This document shows positions 63,886 to 64,000 of a stretch of 64,000 nt of DNA, one piece after another (the stretch's first letter is position 1; each line of letters opens with the position of its first letter). The position numbers and the translations under genes are program-made. Origin of the DNA: Utricularia gibba (Eukaryota > Plantae > Magnoliophyta); NCBI GenBank assembly GCA_002189035.1, contig CM007990.1:3720001-3784000 (forward strand). The letters run 5' to 3'. The notes below the pieces were generated by a model. It did no database searches. It was not told where the DNA came from and saw only the letters and a list, made by a program, of their open reading frames with translations.

Positions 63886-64000
63886 ATGGCTTCAGCATCC
63901 GCTGCTCTTGTGAATGGACTCGGATCAGCTTTCTTGACCGGCAGCAAGAAGAGCCAATCCCGGTTAGCTGCTCCGTGGCTGGCGTCGGTGCAGGAGCATC
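63886..64000 (+). CDS. LHCB6: Start (transit peptide) of chlorophyll a/b-binding protein CP24, running off the window
   Basis: MASASAALVNGLGSAFLTGSKKSQ closely resembles CP24 transit peptides (…AVLNGLGSSFLTGGKKSQ). Only 38 codons are visible, with a probable 1-nt frameshift near 63971. Confidence 0.75.
   Translation, partial: MASASAALVNGLGSAFLTGSKKSQSRLAAPWLASVQEH

Overview
AT-rich eudicot plant nuclear DNA, not a prokaryotic window. The first ~31 kb is gene-rich. It holds the 3' part of a BOP/NPR5-6 gene, a GUX4/5-type GT8 glucuronosyltransferase, a glutaredoxin-like protein, a TIGR01589-family gene, an MBD8-like gene, a PP2C, a Pumilio (APUM7/8-type) gene and a SAUR, plus a lycopene beta-cyclase fragment and a decayed coiled-coil gene. 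From ~31.9 to 62.4 kb is a nested transposon zone: a PIF/Harbinger transposase remnant, several Athila-like Gypsy LTRs with gag and env-like ORFs, one full-length Copia with both LTRs, PBS, PPT and TSD, several decayed Copias and a hAT remnant. This zone encloses two tandem 'pathogen-related protein' (SnoaL/NTF2-like) paralogs. The window ends in the promoter and start of an LHCB6 (CP24)-like gene. I found no clearly new multi-gene system. The best leads are the tandem pathogen-related-protein pair with a conserved terminal GCPF motif, an apparently gained intron in the BOP gene, a long-TIR foldback element and an LTR nested in a related LTR. Three host genes each show a single-base deletion, which looks like assembly error. 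All family calls come from motif recognition by eye; no database searches were run.
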